DNA of 64,000 bases. It comes from Cenococcum geophilum (taxonomy: Eukaryota). Shown one piece after another: positions 39,914 through 52,930 of the stretch. The notes under the pieces were generated by a model that saw only the letters and a program-made list of their open reading frames with translations, was not told where the DNA came from and did no database searches. Positions within the stretch are counted from its first letter, which is position 1, and every line of letters begins with the position of its first letter. The stretch is taken from assembly GCA_050273025.1 (NCBI GenBank), contig CP158635.1, positions 20,522,001 through 20,586,000 of the forward strand. Direction: 5' to 3'. Both the position numbers and the translations under genes were made by a program.

Positions 39914-42423
39914 TTTTAGAAATTTAGCAACATTATTTATATAGGTAGTATTTATAAAGGCAAAGCTATTTACTCAGTATTAATAAGGGCGGTTATATTT
40001 ACTCTATATCTATTTTAAGATACTATATATAGAATAGTAAAATACTTTCTACCTATTAACTAACTAAGATTAATCTCTTTAAGACCAATAGGGTACCCTA
40101 GGGGGGAGTCTTTCCCTAGGGTTCTTTTTTTCCTAACTTATTAGATATTTCTTTTTCCTCTATCTCCTTAATATCGCCTATATCCTTTAGCTCTAGGTAA
40201 AATAAGGTAAAGTAACCCTTTTTATTATAGTTATAGTATATAGCCAAGGTAGGGTTAATTAGGGTATTGCAATAAGTACTAGTTAATAGTATAGTATATA
40301 GCTAGTTAGGCGAGGCTTACTAGTACATAGATATAACTAATTTTAGTATAAGAGCTATTATAGCTTATCTTCCTACTCTAGCTCCTATAGGTATAGCTAA
40401 TAAGTTTTAATCACTATAAGCCCTTTTTTATTAATTAGAACGGGTATTAATTTACTTTAGTTCTAAGTTAAGTAATAAATATTAGACTGTAAGTCTTTAG
40501 TAGGTTAGTAGGTCGTTTAAGGCTACTATAATCTTCTCTTATAGTTAAACCGTTAGCTTATTATATAGGTCTAAACAGTAGTTCTTAAGAGGAACCTAGC
40601 CTTTACTTACTAAGTATAAGAATTAAGTCTAAAACTTAGTAAAGGATTAGTTTAACTTTATTATTAAGCTATTATAGTTATAACATATATCCTATGCTTT
40701 ATTTAGGTTTATATATATAGCGGCTAAATACTATAGTATTTTACTAATAGATGTAAAGCGAATAGGGGAGTCGTCCTTAAATTTAGCTTAAAGGTAACGT
40801 TAGGCATCTCCTATAGTTTAACTAAAGAGGTAAAGCATCTTAGCTTTTTTAGAGGGGAAGTAGTTATAGTTAACGCGGAGTTTTCTTTATACTTAGATCC
40901 TCTAATTCTTAAAGGTAGGGTTTATCCCGTTAAATAGGGGTTAGGGGTTAAAAAGCTTAACAAACTTTAATTACTTTGTTATTATATCCATACTCCCTAG
41001 TATATTATATTTAGTAGAGTAAATAGGTTAGCTAGGGCTTTAAAAAAGGGAAGCTAGGCTATGTTATAGAGCTGTAAGGCTTTCTGGGATCTCTTATGGA
41101 GTCTCATATATATATTTTTAATTTAAGATAATTAGCTTTCTAGCTGGCCGTAAGGGCATAAATCTGCTTATATACGTCTATAAAGTTATTATTATCTTTA
41201 ACCTCTAATCCTAATTAGATCTTAGGTTCCTCTTAGGTAAAGGCAGCTCTTTTTAATAAGCTTACTTTAGGTGCCATTATTAGCTTTCTAAGGTTTATTA
41301 GTATTATACGCTTTAGTTTTAATTCTAGAGGTATAGGTCTAGTTCTATCTAGCTTATAAAGTAGGATATTATTAAGGCCTTCCTAGGTAGCGTAGAGTTA
41401 TTTTAGTGTCTAAGTATAGCGCGTTAACACGTTATTGCAGATAAAGTTTCTTTTAGGGTAGGATATTATTAAGGCCTTCCTAGGCAGTATAGGGTAAGCT
41501 TAGTATAATGTTATAGCTTATATAAATGCCTCTAAACTAAAGCTTGTAAAATACTATATTATAAAGATACTAAGCTAAAGAGAAAGAAAAGGGGGTTGCT
41601 AGGACCAAAGTAAATAAATATATAGTAGCAGCCGCTAAGGCGCTAGTAATAGGCGAGCCAATTATAGGTCGGCAGAATATAGCAGAATTTAGTAGGTGGT
41701 GTGCTACAGCGCCGTTATAAAGGTAGAAGTATAAGATATTTATTTATTAACTAAATTTAGTTAATATTAAGGAAAGGATCTAAATCTATAAAGGTAAGTA
41801 AGGAGAAAGATATAGGAATATTTAACTTAACACCATACTAAGACCCGTGATGCAGCTTTAACCTATAGGGGCTTAAAGCTAGGGGGGTATGTCGATCCAG
41901 GTCAGGTTTTAAAACGGGTTTCCTTACCGCCATCTTACTACCATCTCGGTCAGCAACTCGGTCAACCCCGGTTACCGACATAGTCTACTGCCCCTTCTTC
42001 CTTATATATATATAGAGGCTATAGAGCCACATTTAATAGACAGAGTCCTTATTCTTTACTTACTTATCGGTGCACGGACTACCGATCGACAGTATTATAA
42101 GCTTAATCGTGTAGGATCCCCCATAACTCCTACTAGAAAGCTTTTAAATAGCAATTAAATCGCCTTCGGGTTGCCATTGGGGCAGAGCTATACCGCTATA
42201 CTGCCAATCATATACAGGTATACCAATTGCCTTAGGAGATAATCGCGTACGATCTAGATAGCCCTAATAGGTAGCTACTGTCTCCCTTATCTCCTAATCT
42301 GTATCTACTACTATAAGCAGATGCGATCTGCCAGCGTCTACTGGTGTATCTACTCTGCAGTATACGCAATCGTTTTAGGTAAAGGTAGAGGTCCTAATCC
42401 GTATTTTAATACCATTATGCGGA

Positions 42424-42930
42424 CAGTGATCTTGTTAGATTGGAGTGAAGTGGATTTAACCCCCAAATCCACTCTATATACCAAAAAGCTAATAGAGCTC
42501 CAGGAACTCTAATACAGCTCCAGATCAAATATATACTATAAATAGTAAGTCTTAGCATTAGATCTAAATTAGACGTTAAGCAATAAATGAATAATAATAA
42601 TATAACTATAGTATAAGCCTCTTATGCTGCCGCTATTAGAGAAAAGAATTTATCAATTTATTTATACTATAAGAGTTAGTTTAATAGTACTTATAGCTAT
42701 TTAAAGACACCTTTATATCTTTTTTATCCTCTATATCCTATAGGTACTTACTATATTTAATCTTTAATAGTAAGAATACATCTAATATATTTACTATAGC
42801 TTTTTTCTATTCTATTAATTCTAACTAATACGCTAAGTAGTAGGGTTATATTAGATAGTACTTTAAGTTGAATTTAAAATAGTATATAATATCGTACTTT
42901 TTATTCTTATAGTGCTATTAAAGGTAGTGT
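42424..42930. mobile_element. Probable hAT-like terminus and degenerate remnant
   Basis: CAGTGATCTTGTTAGATTGGAGTGAAGTGGAT resembles 127-160; followed by RIPed AT-rich sequence. Right boundary uncertain. Confidence 0.4.
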
Positions 42931-43945
42931 ATTGTAACGTGTCCCGCACTACGTCGCCATACGGCCAAAAAGATAAAGAGTGATTGCGAACCTATTGCGA
43001 CTCTTGCGGGACCTAATATATATACTCTTACATATATATAGACATTTACCTTTAGCTTCTATATAATTACGCCATTTAGAAGCCTCTTTTCTATATTTTA
43101 GTAGTAGTTAACACCTTCTTTTTACTAATAGCTTCCTCTACTATATTATTATAATCCTTACTAAAGAACTCTACCTATTTATTAGCTACTACTTTAGTTA
43201 AAATATTTACTGCTTAAAGCGCCGTCTAAATAACTATAGTAATTTTAGCGTTTTTAGTATTAGTGGATATATTAATAGTTATAGCGGCCTTATATTTAAC
43301 ATTAAGATTAACCCTTTAAGCCTTTCGTTTATGCTTTAACTATACTTCTATTATTTTCTTTACTTCGCATTATTTATCTATATCGTTTACTTTCTTTAGG
43401 TATTATAGGATCCTTCGGATTTAATAACGCAATAATAGTAGTTAATTAATTAAGCCAGAAAGATTAAAGGCTATAATGTTTATAGCTTAATATATATTTT
43501 AAGCAATAAATACTTAGTATTTAAAGGCTCTAAATGGAATAGCTAGGATATTACTAAATATTTATATTTAGGATAAAGGCTTAAAAAATCTTTGGGCTAT
43601 TCTATAATATAAAGAGGTGTCGGTATAGGTAGTATAGGTTTAATAGTAAGGTCTACTTCTTTAGGCGCTTTAGAAGTGTTCTTTATAGTATTTTTAGGTG
43701 CTTTAGCTTTCCTCCTATGCGTTATGGCGCTAACTAAAATAAGAAATAATATCGGCTTTAAATGGCTTCGAGATATAGGCGACAGCGATACATTAGCATG
43801 CAGGATGGGTGTTCTCATGCGCGAGTATAGAAAAAAGGTTCAAACAGGCGAGGATTCGGTGGTTGATCATGGTTTCTGACATTTGATCGTCTTTTTCCGA
43901 AGCGACTGTAAGTAAATTTTGGGCGTTGGCGGTTGGCCCACCATA

Positions 43946-44454
43946 CAGCGATGTTCACGACCAGCTTCACCCCCCCCCCTTTAGCGAGCGCTGCGAGATT
44001 TCAAATTCGCTACGCGCATCCAATCTCGCTTGATTGCCGCCAGCTGTACATAGTAATTGTAGCGAAGCCATATGCTTGGCTGCAAGAACGTCGCGATCCC
44101 GCAGTGTCGTGATCTTCACCAGATATCGTGAGGTTTCCACCCGTATGATATTGCTAAATTTCATTGACCTCTCTGCAGAGACAGCGTTGTATTCGCGTTC
44201 TGGCGGCCACAAGGGAGGCGTAGTTACGGTGGGAGAAGGGGGAGAAGAGGAAGCGTACGTCTTTAATTTAATTCCCCTAGCCAACCAAGGCGTTTCTCTA
44301 GGGCAACCAAAAAGGTCCTTGCGTGTGGCTACAGCCGTTCGCTACAGGTACTACGTACGGCTAGTAGCAATTAAGCGAGGTTGGATACGCGTAGCGAATT
44401 TAAAATCTCGCAGCGCTTGCTAAAGGGGGGGGGTGAAGCTGGTCGTGAACATCA
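43946..44454. mobile_element. MITE with ~125-bp TIRs; the last 3 bp of its right TIR (CTG) are displaced to 56214-56216 by the Crypton array
   Basis: Left TA|CAGCGATGTTCACGACCAGCTTCACCCC...; right ...GGGTGAAGCTGGTCGTGAACATCA + CTG|TA. TA on both outer flanks. Confidence 0.85.
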
Positions 44455-44825
44455 ATAGTATGTCCACGGTTTGATTTGTATGGCTAAATTAGCCGCTAAG
44501 TCACAATTTGGTAGGCAGGAGGCCCGTGCGCTCAGCGCCATGTGGATATTACCCCATATTCACAGTCAATCTTTAATCGCCAGCAACGCCGTAGCAACGT
44601 CGCGCTCTTAACACCCGTTAAGTGGTATACGTAGAGCTGTCCAAGGGCTCTCTGCTCGCACTAGGATGGCAAGAATTGGCCGTAGGTTAATAGAGATATT
44701 TGCGTTTTAAATTAGGCGCTACTATTATATAAGTACCCTACTAAACTTATACTGCACTAAAATAAGCCCCTAAGGGGCTATAGATAAAGGCTTTAAGAGG
44801 ACTCCTTAAAAGTTAAATATATATA

Positions 44826-47050
44826 CTATTTTAAAGCTTTTTTACCTACTTAAAGCCGTTTATAAAGCTAATCTAGCGAGCACTATATCCGCTTCTGCTG
44901 TTAATTAACCTACTATATAGCCGCTTCCTTGCTAACCCTTTAGGCCTACGCAACCCGCCTAATTTCCTTAATAACCTTAAGCTATAGGGAGTACTATTAG
45001 AGCTCGTTCTACCAGCTAGCCTACTATTTACTACCCTATTTAGAATCTAGCGCTGCTATAAAAGGATTACCTCTAAGCCCTTTAGTCTACTCGCGCTAAA
45101 GGGCCTATATAGACTTTATTATACGGCATATACAATATATAGGCGGCTACTTAGGCGGCTGCTTGGGCTTAGGCCCTTACTATAGCTATAGCTATAGCTA
45201 TAGCTATAGCGGCGCTAGTAAAGGGGAAGCTATAGTGCTTACCTAGGCTAATATATTCTAGCTTAATTCCGTAATAGATAAAGGCGCTAGTAGACGTACT
45301 ATTGGTAGACGTACCGTTAGTAGGTATACTGTTAGACGTAAATATACGGATACTAAAGGGACCTTAAGCTAAAAGGTAAGGCTGCTAAATATAAGTAATT
45401 AAAGCTATAAAGACTGCGCCTACTAGGACTTGGCTATATAGTTAAATAACACCTATAGCTTGCGTACTTGGGCGTCTATAGTCTTTAGGCGGTTTATAAT
45501 AGCTAGTATAGCCTAGTAAAGTATTAATAGCTAGCTAGGGCCTTCTTCCTCCTACTATAGGTAGGCTTTAACCTTCCGCGTAAAGGGTAGATAGGCCTTA
45601 TACTAAAAAACTAGGTGGTTTTATATAGGGCTACTTAGGAATATCTTATAGAGGACTACTAAGTTCTATAGGATAACCTCCTAGAGATAAAATAGGAGGT
45701 TTATAGTGCCTATAGCCGTAAGGTTGTTAACCTAGCCAACCTAAAGGCTAAACTAACCCTTTTAGATGTTTAGCTTTAGCTAGATTATTAACAGTAGTAT
45801 ATTAAGGGGGGCAACGCTTGCCCTATAAATCTTAAAGCAGCCTATCTACGGCAAATAGCCGGCTATTGTCCGTATAAACTCCCGCGGTAGCGAGTTTAAG
45901 TAGTAGCTAACTATTTACTCCTAGTTTTACCTACTAGCGCGTTTAATCTGGTCCTTGCTAACCCCTTTTAGCTTCACTATTTTAGCGCTAGCGCTTCGCC
46001 TAATATAGGTCTTCTTTTATAAAAAGACGCTAATAGCCTAGAATGCCTTAGTAACCTACTCCCGCTATAAGTTATACGAGAAGGCCGTCTTACGGTCCCT
46101 AGCGCTGCTCTTAATTAGGCGGATATTATACTACGCTAACCACTTATTAAAGTCTAGGAACGGCTTATTACTAAGGTCCTAGTAGTATAGGAGGTAGAAA
46201 GCTAGCCCGCTAAGTATATAGATAAGCGGCTTCTTATTATATAGAGCTCTAATAGTCTTAAGGCGGCTATATTAGTTCTACTTACTAGCGTATATAGTAA
46301 ATATTAGGGGCATATAGCGCGTAGGACCTTCCCCCTTAAACTTAAAGGTAAATAGGTCTAAGATCTCGGCGGAGCGCCTATTACTACCGCGGGTAAATAT
46401 ATAGTAGCCTAGTAGGATATCTACAAGTATATAAAGGTAGTATTCTAGTAAGGAGTCTCTACAGGCCTATAGCTCGCGGCAAACACTCTTAAACTCGTCC
46501 TCTATATATCCATTAAGTAGTATATCCCTACCCTTATCTATAAACTACTCCTTTTCCCACTACGCGTCCCTCCGTTATAGAACCTTTAGGTAATCCCTAA
46601 TATTATCCTCCTACGGGGACTAGTAGCTATTTATCCTTATACCCTTCTACATCTAGTAGAAGTCTATTAGGGTAGTAATATAGCCATAAACTAAGCGCTA
46701 GGAGAGCCGCGTCTTATTCTAGGGCATATTATTACTAGCCTTACGGCTTTTTACTTTTAGTGGCTGGCCTATAACCTCCTTAATAAAAAAAAGAAGTAGC
46801 TTCTCTTCTATAACGGTATTACTATTATAGTACTACTTCCGCTTATAAAAGGCCTAGAAAAACGTGTATTAGTTATAAGTATACTACTCTATAAAGCACC
46901 TACCTACTTACCTTAAACTCTTTCTACTTCGGCTTATAATTTAAAGACGTATTTTTAGATCTCTCGGAATATATAAGGGTAAAGATACTCTACGCGTTAG
47001 CGCGTAGTTCGGCATTATTCGTAACGTTAATCTTTACATAACTAATTAAT
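44826..47050 (-). pseudogene. Crypton tyrosine recombinase with C-terminal GCR1_C-like domain, copy 1
   Basis: De-RIP motifs RPKNTS.NY.PKQKEF, DTVTEEKLLLFL, DKGRDTLLDGY, RRSAEISDL, KKTHIGRS, RRAGRWN, GCYLNSLPR, LWREWTEGL.GNPSVAALDSKWG. Intron 46854-46911. Start codon not resolved. Confidence 0.88.
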
Positions 47051-47765
47051 GGTATTTTTAAGATATATAGGACGCTGCTAGAGAAGCTACGCCCTAAGGG
47101 GGGGTTCCTATTTTCCTATATACGCAAATATAGACTAGGGAGAAAAGGTAGAGAAAGTATACCTACTAAATAAGTAACTTTACCGTATAGGGTAAATAAA
47201 CGGGCGTATGGCTGGGCTAATAGGCCAATAGTACGCGCGTATTAGCGACTTGATTAGTAGGGGTAAAGACATTTAAAGATGTCCACGGCTTGGCTATAGG
47301 CTTGGCCGTAGATATCCGCGAATGTTAATGGGGGTCGTATATATTATATACGGCTCAGCGACTAAGCGGGCGCTTAGCTAAGCCGTAAACACTAATAGTA
47401 TATCTACGGTTCGATTTATATAGCTAAATCAGCCGCTAAGTTATAATTTGGTAAGTAGGAGGCCTATACGCTTAGCGCTATATAGATATTACCCTATATC
47501 CACAGTCGATCTTTAATCGCCAGCAACGCCGCAGTAACGTCACGCTTTTAACACCTATTAAGCGGTATACGTAGAGCTGTTTAAGGGCTCTCTACTCGCA
47601 TTAGGATGGCAAGAATTAGCTATAGGTTAATAGAGATATTTACGTTTTAGATTAGGCGCCGCTATTATATAAGTACCCTACTAAACTTATACCGCACTAA
47701 AATAAGCCCCTAAGGGGCTATAGATAAAGGCTTTAAGAGGACTCCTTAGAAGTTAGATATATATA

Positions 47766-49990
47766 CTATTTTAAAGCTTTTTTACCCGCTTAAAGCCGTT
47801 TATAAAGCTAATCTAGTAAGCACTATATCCGCTTCTACTATTAATTAACCTACTATATAGCCGCTTTCTTACTAACCCTTTAGGCCTACGCGACCTACCT
47901 AATCTCCTTAATAACCTTAAGCTGTAGGGAGTACTATTAGAGCTTATTCTGCTAGCTAGCCTACTATCTACTACCCTATTTAGAATCTAGCGCTACTATA
48001 GAAGGATTACCTTTAAGCCCTTTAGTCCACTCGCGCTAAAGGGCCCGTATGGACTTTACTATATAATATATACAATATACAGACAGCTGCTTAGGCGGCT
48101 ACTTAGGCTTAGGCCCTTATTACGGCTATAGCTATAGCTATAGCTGCGGCGGCGCCGGTAAAGGGGAAGCTATAGCGCTTACCCGGGCCGATATATCCTA
48201 ACTTAATTCCGTGATAGATAGAGGCGCTAGTAGACGTACTATTAGTAAATATACCGTTGGTAGGTATGCTGTTAGACGTAAATATATAGATGCTAAAGGG
48301 ACCTTAAGCTAAAAGGTAAGGCTGCTAGATGTAAGTAATTAAAGCTATAAAGACTATGCCTACTAGAACTCGGCTATACAGTTAAATAACGCCTATAGCT
48401 CGCGTGCTCGGGCGTCTATAGTCTTTAGGCGGTCTATAATAGCCAGTATAGCCTAGTAGAGTATTAATAGCTAGCTAGGGCCTTCTTTCTCCTATTATAG
48501 GTAGGCTTCGACCTTCCACGTAAAGGGTAGATAGGCCTTATACTAGAAGACTAGGTGGTTCTATATAGGGCTACTTAGGAACATCTTACGGAGGACTACT
48601 AAGTCCTATAGGATAACCTCCTAAAGATAAAACAGGAGGTTTATAGCGCCTATAACTATAAGGTTGTTAACCTAGCTAACTTAAGGGCTAAACTAACCCT
48701 TTTAGATGTCTAGCTCTGGCTAGATCGTTAATAGTAGTATATTAGGGGGGGCAACGCTTGCCCTATAAATCTTAAAGCAGCCTATCTACGGTAAATAGCC
48801 GGCTATTATCTGTATAAACTCCTACGGCAGCAAGTTTAAGTAGTAGCCGACTATCTGCTCCTAGTTTTACCTACTAGCGTATCTAATCTAGTCCTTACTA
48901 ACCCCTTTTAGCTCTACTATCTTAGCGCTAGCGCTTCGCCTAATATAGGTCTTCTTCTATAAAAAGACGCTAATGGCTTAAAATGCTTTAGTAACCTACT
49001 TCCGCTATAAGTTATATAAGAAGGCCGTCTTATAGTCCCTAGCGCTGCTCTTAATTAGGCGGATATTATACTACGCTAACTACTTACTAAAGTCTAGGAA
49101 CGGCTTATCGCTAAGGTCCTAGTAGTATAAGAGGTAAAAAGCTAGCCTACTAAGTATATAGATAAGCGGCTTCTTATTATATAGAGCTCCGATAGTTTTA
49201 AGGTAGCTATATTAGTTCTACTTACTAGCGTATATAGTAAATATTAGGGGTATATAGCGCGTAGAACCTTTCCCCTTAAACTTAAAGGTAAATAGGTCTA
49301 AGATCTCGGCGGAGCGCCTATCGCCGCTATAGGTAAGTATATAGTGGCTTAGTAGGATATCTATAAGCGTATAGAGGTAGTATTTTGGTAAGGAGTTTCC
49401 GCGGGTCTATAGCTTGCGGTAAACGCTTTTAAACTCATCCTCTGTATATCCGTTAAGTAGCGTATCCCTACCCTTATTTATAAACTACTCCTTTTCCTAC
49501 TACGCGTCCCTCTATTATAGAACCTTTAGGTAATCCCTAACGTTATTCTCTTATAGGGACTAGTAGCTATTTATTTTTATACCCTTCTATATCTAGTAGA
49601 GGTCCGTTAAGGTAGTAATATAGCCGTAAACTAAGCGCTAGGAGAGCCGCGTCTTATCCTAAGGCACGTTATTACTAGCCTTACAGCTTTTTACTTTTAG
49701 TGGCTAGCCTATAACCTCCTTAACAAGGAAAAGAAGTAGCTTCTCTTCTATAATGGTATTGCTGTTATAGTACTGCTTCCGCTTATAAAAGGCCTAGGAA
49801 GATACGCGTTAGTTATAAGTATACTACTTTATAAAGTACCTACCTACTTACCTTAAACTCTTTCTGCTTTGGCTTATAATTTAGAGATATATTTTTAGGT
49901 CTTTTAGAACACATAAGGGTAAGGATACTCTACGCGTTAGCGCGTAGTTTAGTATTATTTACAACGTTAATCTTTACGTAACTAATTAAT
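47766..49990 (-). pseudogene. Crypton tyrosine recombinase, copy 2
   Basis: Colinear with copy 1 at +2940 bp. Confidence 0.88.
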
Positions 49991-50705
49991 GGCATTTTTA
50001 AGATATATAGGACGCTGCTAGAGAAGCTGCGCCCTAAGGGGGGGTTCCTATTTTCCTATATACGCAGATATAGACTAGGGAAGAGAGGTAGAGAAAGTAT
50101 ACCTACTAAATAAGTAACCTTACTGTATAGGGTAAATAAACGGGCGTATGGCTGGGCTAATAGGCCAATAGTACGCGCGTATTAGCGACTTAATTAGTAG
50201 GGGTAAAGACATTTAAAGATGTCCACGGCTTAGCTATAGGCTTGGCCGTAGATATCCGCGAATGTTAACGGGGGTCGTATATATTACGTGCGGCTCAGTA
50301 ACTAAGCGGGCGCTTAGCTAAGCTGTAAACACTAATAGTATGTCTATGGTTCGATTTGTATGGCTAAATCAGCCGCTAAGTCATAATTTAGTAGGCAGGA
50401 GGCCCGTGCGCTTAGCGCTATATAGATATTACCCTATATCTACAGTCAATCTTTAATCGCCAGCAACGCCGCAGCAATGTCGCGCTCTTAATACCCGTTA
50501 AATAGTATGCGTAGAGCTGTCCAAGGGCTCTTTACTCGCACTAGGATGGTAAGAATTAGCCATAGGTTAATAGAGATATTTGCGTTTTAAATTAGGCGCC
50601 GCTATTGTATAAGTACCCTACTAAACTTATACCGCACTAAAATAAGCCCCTAAGGGGCTATAGATAAAGGCTTTAAGAGGACTCCTTAAAAGTTAAATAT
50701 ATATA

Positions 50706-52930
50706 CTATTTTAAAGCTTTTCTACCCGCTTAAAGCCGTTTATAAAGCTAATCTAGCAAGTACTATATCCGCTTCTACTGTTAATTAACCTACTATATAG
50801 CCGCTTCCTCGCTAACCCTTTAGGCCTACGCGACCCGCCTAATCTCCTTAATAACCTTAAGCTATAGGGAGTACTATTAGAGCTCGTTCTACCGGCCAGC
50901 CCGCTATTTACTATCCTATTTAGAATCTAGCGCTGCTATAGAAGGATTACCTCTAAGCCCTTTAGTTTACTCGCGCTAAAGGGCCTATATAGACTTTATT
51001 ATACGGCACATATAATATACGGGCGGCTACTTAGGCGGCTGCTTGGGCTTAGGCCCTTACTACGGCTATAGCTATAGCTATAGCTGCGGCGGCGCCAGTA
51101 AAGGGGAAGCTATAGTGCTTACCTAGGCTAATATATTTTAGCTTAATTCCGCAATAGATAAAGGCGCTAGTAGACGTACTATTGGTAGACGTGCCGTTAG
51201 TAGATATACCGTTAGATATAAATATACGGATGCCGAAGGGACCTTAAGCCGAAAGGTAAGGCTACTAGATATAAGTAATTAAAGCTATAAAGACTGCGCC
51301 TACTAGGACTTAGCTATATGGTTAAATAACGCCTATAGCTTACGTACTTGGGCGTTTATAGTCTTTAGGCGGTCCGTAATAGCTAGCACGGCTTAGTAGA
51401 GTATTAATAGTTAACTAGGGCCTTCTTCCTCCTACTATAGGTAGGCTTTAACCTTCCGCGTAAAGGGTAAATAGGCCTTATACTAGAAGACCAGGTGGTT
51501 TTATATAGGGCTACTTAGGAATATCTTATAGAGGACTACTAAGTCCTATAGGATAACCTCCTAGAGATAAAATAGGAGGTTTATAGCGCCTATAGCCGTA
51601 AGGTTGTTAACCTAGCCGATTTAAAGGCTAAACTAACCCTTTTAGACGTCTAGCTCTAGCTAGATCGTCAACAGTAGTATATTAGGGGGGGCGACGCTTG
51701 CCCTACAAATCTTAAAGCAGCCTATTTGCGGCGAATAGCCGGCCATCGTCCGTATAAACTCCCGTAGTAGCAAGTTTAAGTAATAGCTAACTATTTACTC
51801 CTAGTTCTACCTATTAGCGCGTTTAATCTGGTCCTTGCTAACCCCTTTTAGCTTTACTATTTTAGCGCTAGCGCTTTGCCTAATATAGGTCTTCTTTTAT
51901 AAAAAGACGCTAATAGCCTAGAATACCTTAGCAACCTACTCCCATTATAAGTTATACAAAAAGGCCGTCTTACGGTCCCCAGCGCTGCTCTTAATTAGGC
52001 GGATATTATATTACGCTAACTACTTACTAAAGTCTAGGAACGGCTTATTGCTAAGGTCCTAGTAGTATAGGAGGTAGAAAGCTAGCCCGCTAAGTATATA
52101 GATAAGCGGCTTCTTATTATATAGAGCTCTAATAGTCTTAAGGCGGCTATACTAGTTCTACTTACTAGCGCGTATAGTAAATATTAGGGGTATACAGCGC
52201 ATAGGACCTTCCCCCTTAAACTTAAAGGTAAATAGGTTTAATATTTCGGCGGAGCGCCTATTACTACCGCGGGTAAGTATATAGTAGCCTAGTAGGATAT
52301 CTATAAGTATATAAAGGTAGTATTCTAGTAAGGAGTCTCTGCAGGCCTATAGCTCGCGGTAGATACTCTTAAACTAGTCCTCTATATATCTATTAAGCAG
52401 TATATTCCTACCCTTATCTATAAACTACTCCTTTTCCTACTACGCGTCCCTCCGTTATAGAACCTTTAGGTAATCCCTAATATTATCCTCCTACAGAAAC
52501 TAGTGGCTATTTATTCTTATACCCTGTTATATTTAATAGAAGTCTATTAGAGTAGTAATATAGCCGTAAACTAAGCGCTAGGAGAGCCGCGTTTTGTCCT
52601 AGGGCATATTATTACTAGCCTTACGGCTTTTTACTTTTAGTAGCTAGCCTATAACCTCCTTAATAAGGAAAAGAAGTAGCTTCTCTTCCGTAACGGTATT
52701 ACCGTTATAGTACTACTTCCGCTTATAAAAGGTCTAGAAAAACGTGTATTAGTTATAAGTATACTACTCTATAAAGCACCTACCTACTTACCTTAAACTC
52801 TTTCTACTTCAGCTTATAATTTAAAGACGTATTTTTAGGTCTCTCGAAATATATAAGGGTAAAGATACTCTACGCGTTAGCGCATAGTTCGGCATTATTT
52901 GCGACATTAATCTTTACGCAACTAATTAAT
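50706..52930 (-). pseudogene. Crypton tyrosine recombinase, copy 3
   Basis: Colinear with copy 1 at +5880 bp. Confidence 0.88.

Larger units (their letters stand above)
23865..41719 (-). mobile_element. Truncated Ty3/Gypsy element (5' LTR ~41509-41719, gag, protease); rest deleted
   Basis: Minus strand gag (FDGTNPTFENWRIQVQGKLRVNHDHF-like, ~40860-40950); protease ALIDTG ~39975-39995 continuing at 38989-39180 and LIWPE ~24290. Interrupted by a Copia and a MITE. Confidence 0.8.
19893..42091 (+). mobile_element. Ty1/Copia LTR retrotransposon (outermost element of a nest), RIP-inactivated and partly deleted
   Basis: LTRs 19893-20074 and 41890-42091 (TGTCG..GATCGACA); TSD GTATT (19888-19892, 42092-42096); GTTATAAGCC after the 5' LTR. 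gag-IN-RT order with FFYVDD-like motif ~23781-23798; RNase H tail resumes at ~41720; PPT before 41890. Confidence 0.92.

Noticed and set aside
9251..43879. Short ORFs (60-90 aa) in the AT-rich block
   Set aside because: They lie inside RIPed TEs or unassigned RIPed DNA and have Ile/Leu/Tyr/Lys-biased composition. They are chance frames or pol fragments (33505-33702).
42930..43945. RIPed segment possibly an LTR or gene relic
   Set aside because: No partner LTR, TSD or recognisable protein motif could be established by eye.
43967..44423. Overlapping 105-aa and 129-aa ORFs
   Set aside because: They run through the MITE TIRs on both strands with no recognisable domain.
45181..45210. (GCTATA)n microsatellite in each array unit
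   Set aside because: Other copies show GCTGCG/GCTGTA/GCTACA, so it is a RIP product of an Ala/Thr-rich coding linker.
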